Shown: positions 36,203-49,397, numbered from the whole stretch's first letter. The stretch is 63,043 nucleotides of DNA, filler included, from Hyphochytrium catenoides (GCA_900088475.1; 10 parts of 10 records of this genome joined end to end with filler, not necessarily neighbours in it), one strand, 5' to 3'. Numbers and translations are program-made. Notes: a model not told the origin generated them from the letters alone.

Positions 36203-38249
36203 AAGATTGACGCATTGATTGAGTAAAAAGAAGCTTCTTATGGAGGGCGCAGGAGCTTCATGGTGACGAGAACAAGAAGAGAACAGCCATTGGTAAAGCT
36301 TCCTTTTTTTCTAAAGTGTAAGGAAACCACGTGCTTCAGACTTTGTTCCTCTGGCTACGATGCTGTCATACTTCTTTTTGTCTCTGTCTCCTGGAGAAAG
36401 AAACGATACTATTAGAGACCCATAGAAGATCACCCGCGAAACCTGAGCTATGAAGGAGGGATAATAGCTTCGTCCTTTAGTACGAAGATCATTAGAGTAG
36501 ACAAGAGGTACTACGGCCCACGTGAGACTAGGAAGGTGATTGTGAGTCCAACTGCGAGGGCTCAAAGACTAAATAGCCAGCTCATCACCTAACAGCTCCC
36601 ATCCAAAGGGAACAACAGAGATTTCACTATAGTCTTCTTACCATGTCCTCGCCGTTCCGGAGCGCCGAAAGCTTTTAAAGAATCTCGTCTCTGCCAGCCA
36701 GTTTCGCGAGTCTAGTGACAAGCCGGATAGTACTAATGTACTGCTCTACTGTTAGCAGGAGAGAAGATGATGGCAGGTAGAGCATCTTATTCAGGACAAT
36801 TCAATAATGAGAAAGAGGACTTTGTCTTGCCCATTCCTAGTTATGACACGTCTTCAGGTAGAATACACTCTCTTGTGACGAGGAAGGAGGACCCCTCGAC
36901 TCTCTTTCTCTGCTTCTTGCTCGGTCTTGAGGACTCTTCTAAGCCTCTCCATCTGCTACTGTTCCTTTCTGCGTTTCATCTCTTCTATTCTACTCTGCAT
37001 GTTAGGCCTCTAATGCTGCTCAAATAGTTCCTCTGCCGCCTGGCTATTATATAGCCTCAAACAAGCCATCCAACCCTCTCCAGGAGCCGGGAAAGGACGG
37101 AAGATGCTTATAAAGCGAGAAAGAAGAGCTGACCCGATAATGCCACCGTTAAGGAAATTCTGGATCGTATGGGTCTTGAACTGTCTCTCTTAGTAGCTCT
37201 CCTTTCCCCTTGCCCTCTCTGTTCCAAGCAGTTGACATCCCTCTCATTCCATCTTTTGTCATAGTTCATTTCTTTCTCCTCTGGGTTTTGCATGGGTTCC
37301 TCCTTTTCTTATTACCCTCTACCTTATAATACCTAATTACCTTCTCCGCGAATGCTCGTCTTTCTCTCTTACCGAGAGCGCAGAGACAGCAAGACTCCTG
37401 AGAGTATGATAGAACTCTGTCAGGACGAGAGACATGGATCGCGTGTAGTTGAAATGGCTCTGCAAGGCCTCGTAGTCCGTGATCCACTTTGAGAGGAAGT
37501 AGGAAGATAAGGCAATTGAAAGAAGGGTAGACGGACGAACAGTAGCAGAAGACAACAGTCCTCTTGATAAAGAACACATAGCCCTAATAGAGCTAGATGT
37601 TGGCACCACGAAGGAGGCACGCAGAGAAATAACGACGGAGACGATGAAGGGGGCTTGAGAGGCGAGAGGTAAACAGCTACTTATCGCGGCTGGCAAGCGA
37701 CTTGAGATCGCCCCATTTTACCTCTGATGTAATCCTTTCGCTCTCTCTTCTCTCTCTCCAGCTTTTCGCTTGGGTTCTCCATGGCTCCCGCCGTGACCAC
37801 GTTCCTGTCCTCTTGACTCACAACAGACCGGCGGCATCTTTACTTCTTTGTCTGTCTACCTGCAGGCGTAGAGATGTTGGACATAAAGGTAGAAAGGCTT
37901 GCTGAGCGAGGAATGTCCACCACATAGACATCAGCGGTTGGGAAAGTAGTGACTACAAGATTGAGTGACAATGAATCCTGGCGCTGACCAAGTGAAAGCC
38001 TAAGTATTTCTTCTTTCGTCGGGCCTGGGACTGATGACTCTGCGTCAACGATCTTTGTCCTCCGCTCCGTGTCTGCTCTTCGACTAATACGCCTCCTCTA
38101 CTTCCTGATCTCACCGCCAACAATTCTCCAACTCACAGTCTCCAAGACTACTGCCCGTTCCTCCCTGCCTCCAAAGAAAAAAAAGAAGAGCACTATTCGG
38201 TAAAGAACTAAAGCTAGTCCCTTCATTAATTCTTCATTATCGTCAATTG

Positions 38250-39600
38250 GCGACGGGGAGAAAGAAAGTCTTTAGCATCCTTGGCCAATTGTCAGTCAGC
38301 TTGGTAGAACTGCTGAAGCACAACTCTCAGGATTGTTATCGCTGCTCACGATGTAACCATTCGTTTAATGCGTACGATCCTCGCGTACATGACCTTCTTC
38401 CAACAAGCGATATTGGCTCACACTTTCCAGCTTATATCACCAAGCGAGCAGCCATTGACCTCTCTCCTACGGGATTGCAGGCAGATAGTCACGGACGCTC
38501 CAGGAGGAGGACTAGCTTTCGCTAGACGGCTTATAGCAAGCCGCTATATCTATCGTTACTTCCAGCTCTGGAGAGACTGGGCCTCGAGAGTCCATTGGGA
38601 GAAGAAGGGGCTGAAGGCGGGTAACAACCCAAAGCTCTAAGCACCATGGACAGAGAGCATGGCAGAGGAGGAGATACCGATAACTATTTGCTATCCACTC
38701 TTCCAGATGGTTCTGCCAAACAATGGGATGAATCGCTAGATCAGCAGTTACTCAAAGGCAGCGCTGGTGTCTTATACTCCGATCCTGGCGGAGCACGAGA
38801 ACTGCAGATATGATAATAGGACATCTTGATACTCCTGATGATGGATTGAGGAGGAGGAGGAGGGAATCCTGAACACAATCGCGACAAGGAGGTAGGCGAG
38901 AAGCAACAGAGGACGATGAACAAGTGGAACACACTGAAAGGGCAGAACGGGCGTGGCTGTGCAACCTGGTCACATCTGGCACCAATGTTATATGTTGCTC
39001 GCGCACACTCACTTTTTTGCTCTCCTTCTCTTAGAAGCTGCGTGGATTGTCCTGCTTCGCCAACTGGTCTCTAAGTCATTCAACTTTCATTACGTACTTC
39101 GCGATCTCTTCACTTCTCCTCTTCCATTCTTCAATTGCCCATTGTGCCGGTGCCCTGCTGATCCCTCTAACGGTTGTGTCACCGTGGCAGACGAAGGTTG
39201 ATGCTATTCACTCTATCACCAGAGTTGAAAGCTCGCTTTATAGCCTTCACGGGCATTCAGTATGTTCCTCTATAGCTTCCGTGATGCAGTTTTCATAGTA
39301 GTGAATCAAGAGGATGTGGACGCAGTGAAGAAGGCACTCATACTTCAGAGGGCTAATAAGAGCTCATGTAGAACTATCGAAAAACTAATAAACACTTCTT
39401 GGTAAACGATGCAAGCTGCTTGCGTTCTCCGCTTTAGCCATGATCAAGAAGGAAGTCGAGCGGAAGTATATAGAAGACTATGAACACTTTTTGGACAGAG
39501 ACGTAGGACTATTCCGGCTTCTAGTGACCTTCTCTAGCGGGTAGACAACAACAGCCGCTCTTCCACCGTGCAACTTGGCAGCAAGATGTAGAAGGCAATT
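38250..39600 (+). mobile_element. Degenerate DUF6729-like, probably transposon-derived, coding relic
   Basis: YRCSRCNHSFNAYDPRVHDLLP...FPAYITKRAAIDLS, a frameshift, then LLRD..GGGLAFARRL, and downstream QEDVDAVKKAL. Multiple stops; family recalled from memory. Confidence 0.45.
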
Positions 39601-40586
39601 ATCATGGCCAAGAAAGAAGATGGACGCTTTTGGCTTCTTCTTTGTTGTGGAAAGGGAAGGAACCCCTAAGGCTGGGGGAGACTATGTTCCCAGCCCTTAG
39701 GGTGGAGGCCCCGGCTACATGAATGCACGGGATCTACACATTGGGGAGTAACGCTGGGTCTCCGCTATGGAGAAAGCCTAGAGAACTACATCTCTTCTCT
39801 TCTTCTTTTCCTCAGTTTCTTCTCTTTTTTCTCTCTTGTGGAAGTTCTTTGTCTTCCTTGCTGTCTGATTGACCAACGAGCTATGTTTCGGGTTTTGGCT
39901 GCCGCTAGTGTCGCTTTCTTTTTATAGTACATTGTGGCACTGGCTTTCCTGAATAAACAGTAACATGGCAAAGGCGTGGGGTCGGGGAGAAAGGTGGCCA
40001 GGCTCTTTCCTCCTTCTTGCATCTACTGTTTGCTTGTACCAATAATAATAACATGGCTGATGATGTCTTGACCACCTCCACCAGGGAGCCGCTCCTCTCT
40101 GCTCTCACGATCACTCATGGGCCAAATGCTGCCCGCAATCATGAGTCATATTTGCCTCCTCATCTACAGGACCTCGCTGCCCAGAGTTGGTAGGATGAGT
40201 GATTGTTCTTGGTACTACTGGCTTCTTCGTCGGTATAAAGGACACTCTTTCGGCCGCCAGCAGCAGATTAGTTCTAACATCATTGGATCTCCGTCGTCGT
40301 CGGGTTCAAGCGATCAATGGAGGAAGATAATAGTTGCTTGCTGCCGGCTCCAACTCACACTACTCTCGCCAACAGCCGCCTCGTCCCAATACGAACGGCG
40401 ATTCTAACCTCGAGGGAGACTCAAAACTCTATCTCTCGAGTTCTTCTCTCTAATACAGATTAGGAAGACGGAGATCTACATCACAGAGGACAGAGTTCTA
40501 CACGGTTCTGGTAAGTAATACGAAACGAGTATCCCATTGTTGATCCTTAAAGACGTCTGCCACTAGTAATAAGAAGGTTGGAGCTG

Positions 40587-41552
40587 ATGATGACAACGAA
40601 GAAGAACATTGCCACCAGGGCAGCTGGAGGAGCTCTTTACTTCTTCCTTGTGCTTACTCTGTCGTCAACGGTGGTATCCGGCGCAGTCCGGACACTCACG
40701 TCGGGGAGCTACAATTGCACTTACTACGACGACTGCACAAAGCTTGGAGACTTCGTTTTTATGGTCTGTGGCTGTCGAGATGCACTGGCCTCTTCGAAGT
40801 GTATATCTGTCGTCCAGAACCCCACCAACTCCTCAGAACGCGTCTTTTCCTATCAAGATGGCGTTTGTTACGCCATCAGACCAACTAGTAGCAAGATCTG
40901 CGAGCCTTCCTTCAATCCACTCAGTCTTGCGGGACTGCAGGGAAACTGTAACCAGGGTGAGATGTGCTTAGTGAACCACAAGTGCTACGCAGGCACCGTT
41001 GCAGGTCCGCCTGACGATGCTCCAGATCCATCCACCGCTGGATGCAAGGAAGACGCAGATTGTAACTCTCCATTCGCATTGTGTCGATGTCCTGATGGCT
41101 TCTCGTCTACTATGTGCTACAATTCAGCCACGAACACCTTTACCGGCGGCGTTTGCCATCTCTTTGAGGTTGCAAGAGGAGGCATGTTTGACCTTGGCGG
41201 TACTGTACCGTGTAGCAGCAGTGAAGTTAAGGAAAAGCGAGCCGACGGCTTTACGAGTTCCTGTGAAGCAAGAGAAGCATGCCACGCGCTAACTGCTGGT
41301 ATGGACGGTGTTTGCGTGCGGTCGGCACAGGCAGCAGCCGGAGTTACGGAGCTTCCTGTCATCACGAGTTCATCGCCATCCAGCACTCCATCAAAGACAA
41401 CAGGCGGAGTTGCTGAGAAGAATGAAGACAAGAAGCCGACCAGTGGTTTTAGGTCAGCTGCAAGAGGCGACGCTGACACTGATAGCGCATACCGTCTCAT
41501 TGTGGGTGTGGCCACAGTCCTGTCGGCCATAAGCTTAAGGTACTGGTGGTGA
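40587..41552 (+). CDS. Secreted or GPI-anchored Cys-rich surface protein with two 10-Cys modules, single exon
   Basis: N-terminal hydrophobic LYFFLVLTLSSTVVSG, 20 Cys in two collinear repeats, Ser/Thr stalk, C-terminal LIVGVATVLSAISL. First ATG at 40587. Confidence 0.85.
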   Translation: MMTTKKNIATRAAGGALYFFLVLTLSSTVVSGAVRTLTSGSYNCTYYDDCTKLGDFVFMVCGCRDALASSKCISVVQNPTNSSERVFSYQDGVCYAIRPTSSKICEPSFNPLSLAGLQGNCNQGEMCLVNHKCYAGTVAGPPDDAPDPSTAGCKEDADCNSPFALCRCPDGFSSTMCYNSATNTFTGGVCHLFEVARGGMFDLGGTVPCSSSEVKEKRADGFTSSCEAREACHALTAGMDGVCVRSAQAAAGVTELPVITSSSPSSTPSKTTGGVAEKNEDKKPTSGFRSAARGDADTDSAYRLIVGVATVLSAISLRYWW

Positions 41553-44019
41553 TGAGAGAGCTGAAGCTCGTTGCGCTGCAAGACGCCAGTCTTGTGATCA
41601 AGAAGGGGCGACAGTTGTATAAAAAGTGAGAAGAACAAAGCCACTGACGACTAAAGTTATCATACTAGTCCACCATGCTGCTAGCGCTGTTGTCCTCCTA
41701 AATCTGTCAATCTGGCGTTTGTCACACAAAAATTGGAGATGATCCGATGACGACGACCAAGACTATGACTATAGATAAATTCATAAAGAAGTTCGACTCG
41801 AGGAGCTGCGAAGAAGTGTGAAAGTTTATCAGCGGTCTCACCAGCAGACAAACACCAGTCTTCTGACCAAGTGAGAGTGTCCAGCAGGCCATAGCCAGGC
41901 CTGAGATAATAGAAAGTCGTGCCGATTAACCCTAGTGCACCTCTTTCCTTCTAGGAGGCATGATGAGAACGGAGCTAGTTCAGGAGGGAAAAAAGGTAAT
42001 TTTTGGGTTCGTTCCCCCGTTATAAGAACCGTTCTTCCTGTGGTGGAGGTCATCATGTGGACCTTTCTCAAGTTTGTTATTGTACGAGTACTGTAGAGAG
42101 AGGCACTCAAAGGATTGCCGTACTTTTTCCGCAAGACAGAGGAAAGTGGGGACGGTACTCTGGCGGGGGGGCTCCTCCCTGGGGGGTTNNNNNNNNNNNN
42201 NNNNNNNNNNNNNNNNNNNNNNNNNNNNNNNNTTAATTAATTAANNNNNNNNNNNNNNNNNNNNNNNNNNNNNNNNNNNNNNNNNNNNAGAGAGGTGTTG
42301 GGGGGGGTGGGGGAGAGAGAGGAGAGCGAGCACAGAGAAACAGAAACAATCTCAGAGATTTAAAGTGAGAGGAAACAGCTGAGATAGCTGCGCTCCGGAC
42401 ATTGCTACCGCTTGATGAAAGAGTGCGTCCAACTGTTCTTTAGGCATTCCTGAGGTTCGGCTGCTGCTTCGGTCTCGTCTCCTTTCTGGAGAGGTTGCAA
42501 TGCTTCGCTGCGTTTGGCGTCAAGGCACAAGGTGAGAAAACGCGGAAGCAAAGGTGCTTAAGGTCTAATCAGATGTTGAGGGGGAGAGGAGCGCTCATGA
42601 GAAGAGGAGAGCGCAGATTGCCAACAAGAGCAAGAGAGGCCAGCGATCGCAAGACAAGCGGTCTCTGGCAATCTAGAGTGAACTTTCAGCCGATTACCTC
42701 TGTCCAGTTCACTCTATCGTGTTGTCTTTGTGAAGCCAGAGCGTGGGCATTATGAAATTGGCGTCCTGCCGACCGCCAGTGAATTATAGCCGACCTCAGC
42801 ATACAAGACCTTCCAAATCTCCTAATGAAGACCGAGGAACCTTTCGTGGAGGTCAGATAACGAGAGCAGTGGGCTGGCAATGACAGCGAAAGCGGTCGTT
42901 TAGCTTGCCCGCAAGCAGACGCCATCACATGCGACCAGCGATCCGCGGCCAAGCTCTCAGCTCTTTATCAACAGCATGGCTAACCTAAGCTTGTAAAGGG
43001 AGACGGCGCCTGCCATCATCTACAGAGGACGTTCTACAGCTCCGATCTCCAGAAAATTCGCCGATATTCTGATGAAGACTGGAAGGAGTTCGCATAGTGC
43101 GCAGAACGTGCGCCACTAGTCTAGATAGAAAGCTAAAGTCAAAACTTACGTACGCTAGACACGCACATACTATGGCCTCTCCGTTGTCCTAAAAAGTTCG
43201 TATAACAGTTACCTCACACAAGTAAGGCCTTTAGTAAGTCATTATAATTACCCCTTCAGTTTCCTAGGCTTAGGAATGACAGCGTCGTGACACCTCATAT
43301 AATCCTAACCTCGTCGTATTATGAGAGACAGATCCACCAGCTCACGATGTAGATCTCCCAAAGCCAAAGCCAAGGAAGGATATTGTCTTTGGCTTTCTGG
43401 GAGGTGCTGCTGGTGCTGGAGAGCAACCCAGCAGACGGGCATGCTGATGCAGACCTGCGCTGGCGGGCTGCAGGACAGCCTACGCCGAGCCCAGAGGAGG
43501 AAGAGTATAATATCCTAATCCACCTGTGCCTACTGTAATCAACACCGCAATCGATCGCAAAGCAAGGCTGTTTAGAGACTTCGTAATGCCCTCCGTGCAT
43601 CGGAATATGTCTAATTAAGAGGAGATAGTAACCATAACGCAAGTTCACGGCTGCCTACTGGTATGAACTCCTGTGCTATTGGCAGCAAGTCACTAGCCCC
43701 GGGACGGACGAAAATGGCAGTGACCATTCTCTTTGCTAGACCTATCACTTACTAATGGTATCGTCGAATGCCGGCAGTATAGAGTTCTAGTCCCATAGTT
43801 GTCTCACAAGGCGCCGTCAAAGCTCCGACATGACAGAGATCACGCTTCACGTCTTTGATCACAAGCGGCAACTGAAGAAGGTTGATGGCAACTGAAGAAG
43901 GTTGTTCAGCATGGGAGATGAGAGCAATGATCCAGCTCTGGGGATCATTGGCACTATCAGAGAAAGCATTATCTTTGATCTTACCAACCTCGACGGTATC
44001 ATCGAGGATAAGCCTTCCA

Positions 44020-45900
44020 TTATTAGCTTGTATTCCTAATAAATGGATACGAGCCATCCATGTTCGTTTGGTCCGTTTTATCTGTTGTGGAGCCTGTCTG
44101 TCCAGCATTGAGGATTATAAGCAGAGTTGGTGATGATGTGATGATGGATCGGAAGAGGCGTCATTGAAGCTTCACGTCGTCTTCTTGGCTTCACGGCTGC
44201 ACTTGCTTGGCTCTCAGTGTTAGGCCCGGCCCAGCGTCCCATTACCTGGCTTTCTTTGCCTGCTGCCCCTAACGTCAAGTAGCTTTTAGCAGGGGCGTGT
44301 AGCAGAGGTTAGGTCCAAGCCTGTGGACCTGTGAGGCCCTGAATGGCATGAAGGACTGGCCGCTAATAGACTACCCAGGCGGCTAGCAGACAACCATAAA
44401 GGACACTGACCAGGTGGTTTTAGCGTCTAGCACATCTTATCAACTTTGGACAAGATAAAATAGATAAGACAAGCGGTACTAGAGTGACAAGGGCCTAACC
44501 ACTCCGGTCATAATGGGCTGTCTGAGCAGTAAGCCGGCAGAGGTTGAGGAGTTCCATGATATTTTCAAGTCGAGTCAGAGCCGGGGCAACGGTGCGGCCA
44601 GCAACAGGGATACGAGGGGAGCAGAAACTGATTATAATGTCAGGAGAACCAGCCAGACAAGTGTCCGAACCTCGACAGGTGTGAGCTAGCTAGGTGGTGG
44701 TGTGTGAGGGAGAGAGAGGGAGAGAGACAAGTGCCTCTGGCAAAGAGCGAGCGATGTGCCCGGACGGGAGCGTACGAAAATGAGGGAGAGGGAGTGAGCT
44801 CGAGAAAAAGAGAGAGAGAGAGAGAGAGAGACCCACAGGCAAAGAGAAACCGAGAGAGAGAGGGAGACCTAGAGTTGAGAGGGTGGGGTGGGGGGAAGAG
44901 GAGAGAGAGAGAGAGAAGAGAGAGAGAGTGCAGCGGACAGACACCGAAGAAACAGACAGAGAAGTAAGAGACAGAGGTCTTAGCGTGAACCGATAGCTCT
45001 TACCGCAGAAAAGATATTCATTTTCCTCTATGTATGTTATCTAGGGCAAGATGCAAACCATCCCGATGGCCTTCTCTCGGGGTCGGAGAGAGAGGGACAG
45101 ATCTCTCGAGAGAAGCTTTACTCGGAATCTATAACCAGGAACAGCTCTGTCTCTCAGCAACAGCAGAATCCCTTCCCTTCAACTTCTGAGTCTGCTGCCG
45201 TTAACAGGTCAGCAGGCTTTATAGTGGTCTTTCATCTCCCTTCAAAGCCAACGCGCCATCATACTCTTCGCTTTTCATATTAGCCCATCGTTGTGTCCCA
45301 TTCTTCTCTTCGCTTTTTTTGTTGCTGTGTGTGTCTTGTGGCTGATATCTTGTTGGTGCTGGGTCTCTGCTGTTCATCGTCATAATCTGACTATTTGCAA
45401 TGCTCTCTTTCTCCTTCTTTGATACCTACCAGGAACCAAGAGTCACCTGCCTCTTCCCGCCGAAACCGGTTTTCAGACAGCAGGCCCATAACCAGCANNN
45501 NNNNNNNNNNNNNNNNNNNNNNNNNNNNNNNNNNNNNNNNNNNNNNNNNNNNNCAAAGAGGAAGAAGAGCGAGGGGACGGAAAGGAGAATGATTCACGAG
45601 GCTCGCCATTGAAGTCGTCGTCAATGCCTTGACTTGCGAAGTAAGAGGAGCCCCGCCTGGCTGTGTACAAGAGTATTTATAAGCTAATGTTATGACCATA
45701 GACGCATAAGAGAAGGAGACGTACTGCCGTAGCAGTACACTGATCCTTGTAGATATCTCACGCTCTTTTCCCAGCAAGACCACGCTGCTTGTTAGACTTT
45801 CTCTCATCCGTGCCCCATCTAACCAACACAAAGTCCCCTCTGTCTTCAGAACATCATTCTTTTCCCATTGTCTCATGGAGGATGGAGCTGGGCAGGTCGG
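44020..45900 (-). mobile_element. Possible degenerate RNase H-like retroelement remnants (~44020-44290 and ~45600-45900)
   Basis: Weak motif echoes only: CWLDGA..SSVV (cf. TDGS), HIITNSAY (cf. TDS) and W...H..GIQAN (cf. GH.GI.GN), in broken frames. Confidence 0.2.
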
Positions 45901-48149
45901 TAGCATCGCTATCGATCTCGGGGAATCAGTATTAGCCAGATCACACGCACCCACAGGGCATAAAGTTCACCTTAATGTCGAAAGAAACGGACCCAAGAGT
46001 ACTACGGGTGTGATTGTTGGCTCCTGAGTAATGTCAGCCGTGAGCTTCTAAGGTCACGTCTCAGTGAGCTAAGTGCTAGGCTTATATGGCTATGCTAATG
46101 ACTTTCTTAAAGCCCAATTTTTGGTAATTTTGAGCTGTTCAAGTTAATCCTAAGCGACATTGAGCTGGTCAAGATCACAACTTTGAGTGACATCAAGCTG
46201 CTCAGCTCAATCCTTCACTCTCGTTTGGCCTAGGCTAATGAAAGAGTGATATGATCGTCTACCTTGGTTGGGGCCCAACTGCTCAGGAGAATTGACATCT
46301 CGTTGTCATCCACTCGTAGCTTAGCTTACCCTGACGATGAGCAATGCTGGGTCCTAATCTATGAAGCAGCTCGTCATGTGCAATGATGTGAGCTGCCCTA
46401 GCATTCAATCAGGTTAGAAGGCATCGTGAAGAGACTGAGAAGAGAACGGGCATGACAGCCAATGCGATGAGGCAGACTTTTGATGCGTCTGTGCATCTTC
46501 TTCATCCGAAGATCGGATCCATTGCCATCAACAACAGCTCTCCGAAACTATTGGCATCCCTCTAAATAAGTATAGGTTTGGAAGTACTTGTACTTGTACT
46601 TGCTTGCATCACTGTTCTAACTTTACTATGCGAGAACATTCTATAAGTAGCTCCAAACCATACTCCGTAAGTACTTGCGCTTGTTACCAATTTTGGCACT
46701 TTTGGGACTTTCACTTTCTCTAGCTCTCATCAGCTGCGGGGGTTATCGACCAAAAGCGGTACTTACCAGAGGAAGCCACAACCTAGTCGGTAGATACCGC
46801 CATAGCAAGTTTCTACCGATTCAGCATACAGTTGCATGTAAGAACTCTGTACTTTATACCGGTGATGCTACTGTATTACTACAAGGGTTTTGTATATGTC
46901 AGATAGAGCGTATTATTCTGGTTGGAAAGGAGTTTGTACCTGGCTTCCCCTTCAACAAAGAGGCATACTACTATTTAGCTAATCCCTCTAGAATCTCTAA
47001 AGAGGGTAACAGATTGTATTACTACTGTCACTGCATGTAACATCGGGTTTTGGGCCTTTTTTGGCTTCTCATCCTCTCCTCTTCTTGCCCTTTCTCTCTG
47101 CTGTCTTTCTCTCTCTCTGGTTCCTCTCTGGCGCTCTCTGTCTCTCTCCGTCATTAGCTTTATGGCTTTGATTCTCGTTTTCTGTCATCTCTGTCTCTCC
47201 TCGTCCCACTCTTTCTCCCACTTCCATCTCCCACTAAATCGCTGTTTCTTTCTTCGACTCTCTCTCTCTCTTCACTCTGTCTCCCACTCTCTGGGGAGTT
47301 TTGTACTTCAATACTGTCTGTTACTACTATGGCCTCTCTGCTTCTTCCATTGTCCGCTTCTCTTTGTCTTCCTCTGTCTCGTTGCAAGGTATAATAACAT
47401 GCCACTTTTGCTCTGGTTCCTTTGAGCTTCTCTGCTCTCCTGTTTTTGGGTTCAAGCCACTCTGTCTTTGTTGTACAACTCTGCTGTTTTCTGATCGGCT
47501 TTCTCTCTCTCTCTCTCGCGCGCGCGCTCTCTCTCTCTCTCACTCTCTCTCTNNNNNNNNNNNNNNNNNNNNNNNNNNNNNNNNNNNNNNNNNNNNNNNN
47601 NNNTCTCTCTCGCTCTCTCTCGCTCTCTCTCTCTGTCTCTCTCGCTCTTTCTCACTCTCGCTCTTTCTCGCTCTCGCTCTCTCTCGCCCCTCTCTCTTTC
47701 TACCCACTGGCAGGCTCCTTCCTGATCGGCAATGGGTCTGTCATGTTCTCCTGTGTCTCTCTCGCTCTCGCTCTCTCTGTCTCCCTCTCTCACCCTCTCC
47801 CCCTGTCCTTTCTCTAAAGTGAAAGTCCCGCAACCGAGCATTCGATGTTGCTGTCTCTTACCAGAGCTTCTGTCTCCCATCTGCAGCACAGTGTAGCCTA
47901 CCAGCAGCTGAAGCTTCTCTCCTCGCTGAACCGCCAGATGCTAAGCAGGTCTCCGCTCGGCGTGTTTTCTCTCTGTTAGAGATTAGGCCAAACAGGCAAC
48001 GTCGGGCGGCTGGTTGTGCGTCGTAGCGCAGCTACATGGGAGAGAGCTAGCTCTCTCTCTCTCTCTCTTGATTTCTCTCATAGACGGTCTGGACATTGGT
48101 TAAGGATTGTTGAAGGGGACGACTCTTTTGCTGCCGCGAACTTGCCAAA

Positions 48150-48635
48150 ATGAAGCGAAGAAAGCAGCTCGAAGCTCCTACGAAGGCAACAATTACCTTC
48201 ATCACTCCGAAGTGCTTCACATGGAAGGAGACATTCGTCCAATCTTCTGCCCTTCTCGAAGAAAAGAGAAGAGATCCTCTCGAGAGAATGTTAGCGCCCT
48301 TGGTGGACCTGAAGCTCAGTCCTTCTGCTATTTGCCCTCCCACGCCCGTGGCTTCTCCTGTGGTGATGCGTGAGTGCAAGCGCAGGAAGAATGACGAAGA
48401 TGTGGAGCTGACCTTTGACGACTCAGATGAAGAGGAAAGCGTCACGTTGACGTTTGAAACAATGAAAGCAGCAGAGGAGATGCTTCGCTCTCTACCGGAG
48501 GCTCTGCTCTTTAAGGAGCCTGAGGCTATTGAGAGCCATCGTTACAGAGGGAGAGAAGCCCTGAACACACCGACCGAGGCCAGCAGCACCGAGGAAAATG
48601 CCACTAACTGCTTCGTAGTGAAGAGCCAGTGCTGA
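48150..48635 (+). CDS. Hypothetical protein (161 aa) with basic NLS-like and acidic stretches
   Basis: ATG-started ORF of normal composition between microsatellite flanks; no recognised domain. Confidence 0.5.
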   Translation: MKRRKQLEAPTKATITFITPKCFTWKETFVQSSALLEEKRRDPLERMLAPLVDLKLSPSAICPPTPVASPVVMRECKRRKNDEDVELTFDDSDEEESVTLTFETMKAAEEMLRSLPEALLFKEPEAIESHRYRGREALNTPTEASSTEENATNCFVVKSQC

Positions 48636-48954
48636 CCTTATGTTTTACTAGCAGAGACGGCCCTTCCCGCCCGCTTAGATCTCCGAAGAGAGAGCCAAAG
48701 AGGAAAGACATACTCGAAAGAGGGAGATAGAATGTCAGGGGAGAGAGAAGGGAGAGGGCTGGCGGAAGTTATTGGCTTGGCGGGCTCCAAGGTGGGAGCA
48801 GAACTGCTAACATTCTATTTATTGTCTCCTGTGCATGACAGTTGAGGCAGCCTCAGAGGCTATGCTTATTAGTCTTTACTAATAAATCGCTATCAGTTCA
48901 TTCAAACGGGGGACGCCTTCATACTGCATTCAGAGGGAGAAAGAGCGGGGTCGA

Positions 48955-49011
<57 letters not shown>

Positions 49012-49397
49012 GACAGGTATGTGCGAGATGGTGGAGGAGAGAAGCTTGAAAGAGAAACCTGGACGTCAAGAGAGATTGGTAAATATGTATATATAGAGAT
49101 ATGTACACAGTCTATATATGTGACATTGGAAGTTGTCGAGACGGGATGCAACCTCTGCAGGTAAGGAGAGAAAAACCAGGACGAGTCAAGGGACCGCATC
49201 GAGAGTCGCTCCTCTGAAGTCTCTAAGAGTAACAAGCTCTGCAAGTAAGAGAGAGGAACTAAGACAAGCCCGAAGGAACAAAGAGGGAGTCTATCCTTTG
49301 GGGTCCCTGTGTCACCGCCTGTGCCACCGCTTGTTGGGCACAGCTGCTGAGGGACGCGGTTCTTCCTTTGGAAGCGCGAGGAAGGGCCTTCTCTCGC

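Larger units (their letters stand above)
29735..36364. repeat. Large inverted duplication: left arm ~29735-31280; right arm ~32165-32983 plus 35816-36364
   Basis: The 3' UTR, CDS end and upstream region all match as reverse complements, e.g. 30500-30550 vs 32735-32785 and 29735-29903 vs 36203-36364. Confidence 0.9.

Noticed and set aside
27413-43903. Short tandem duplications (25 bp at ~27413, 20 bp at ~43867)
   Set aside because: These are ordinary slippage duplications in degenerate DNA.
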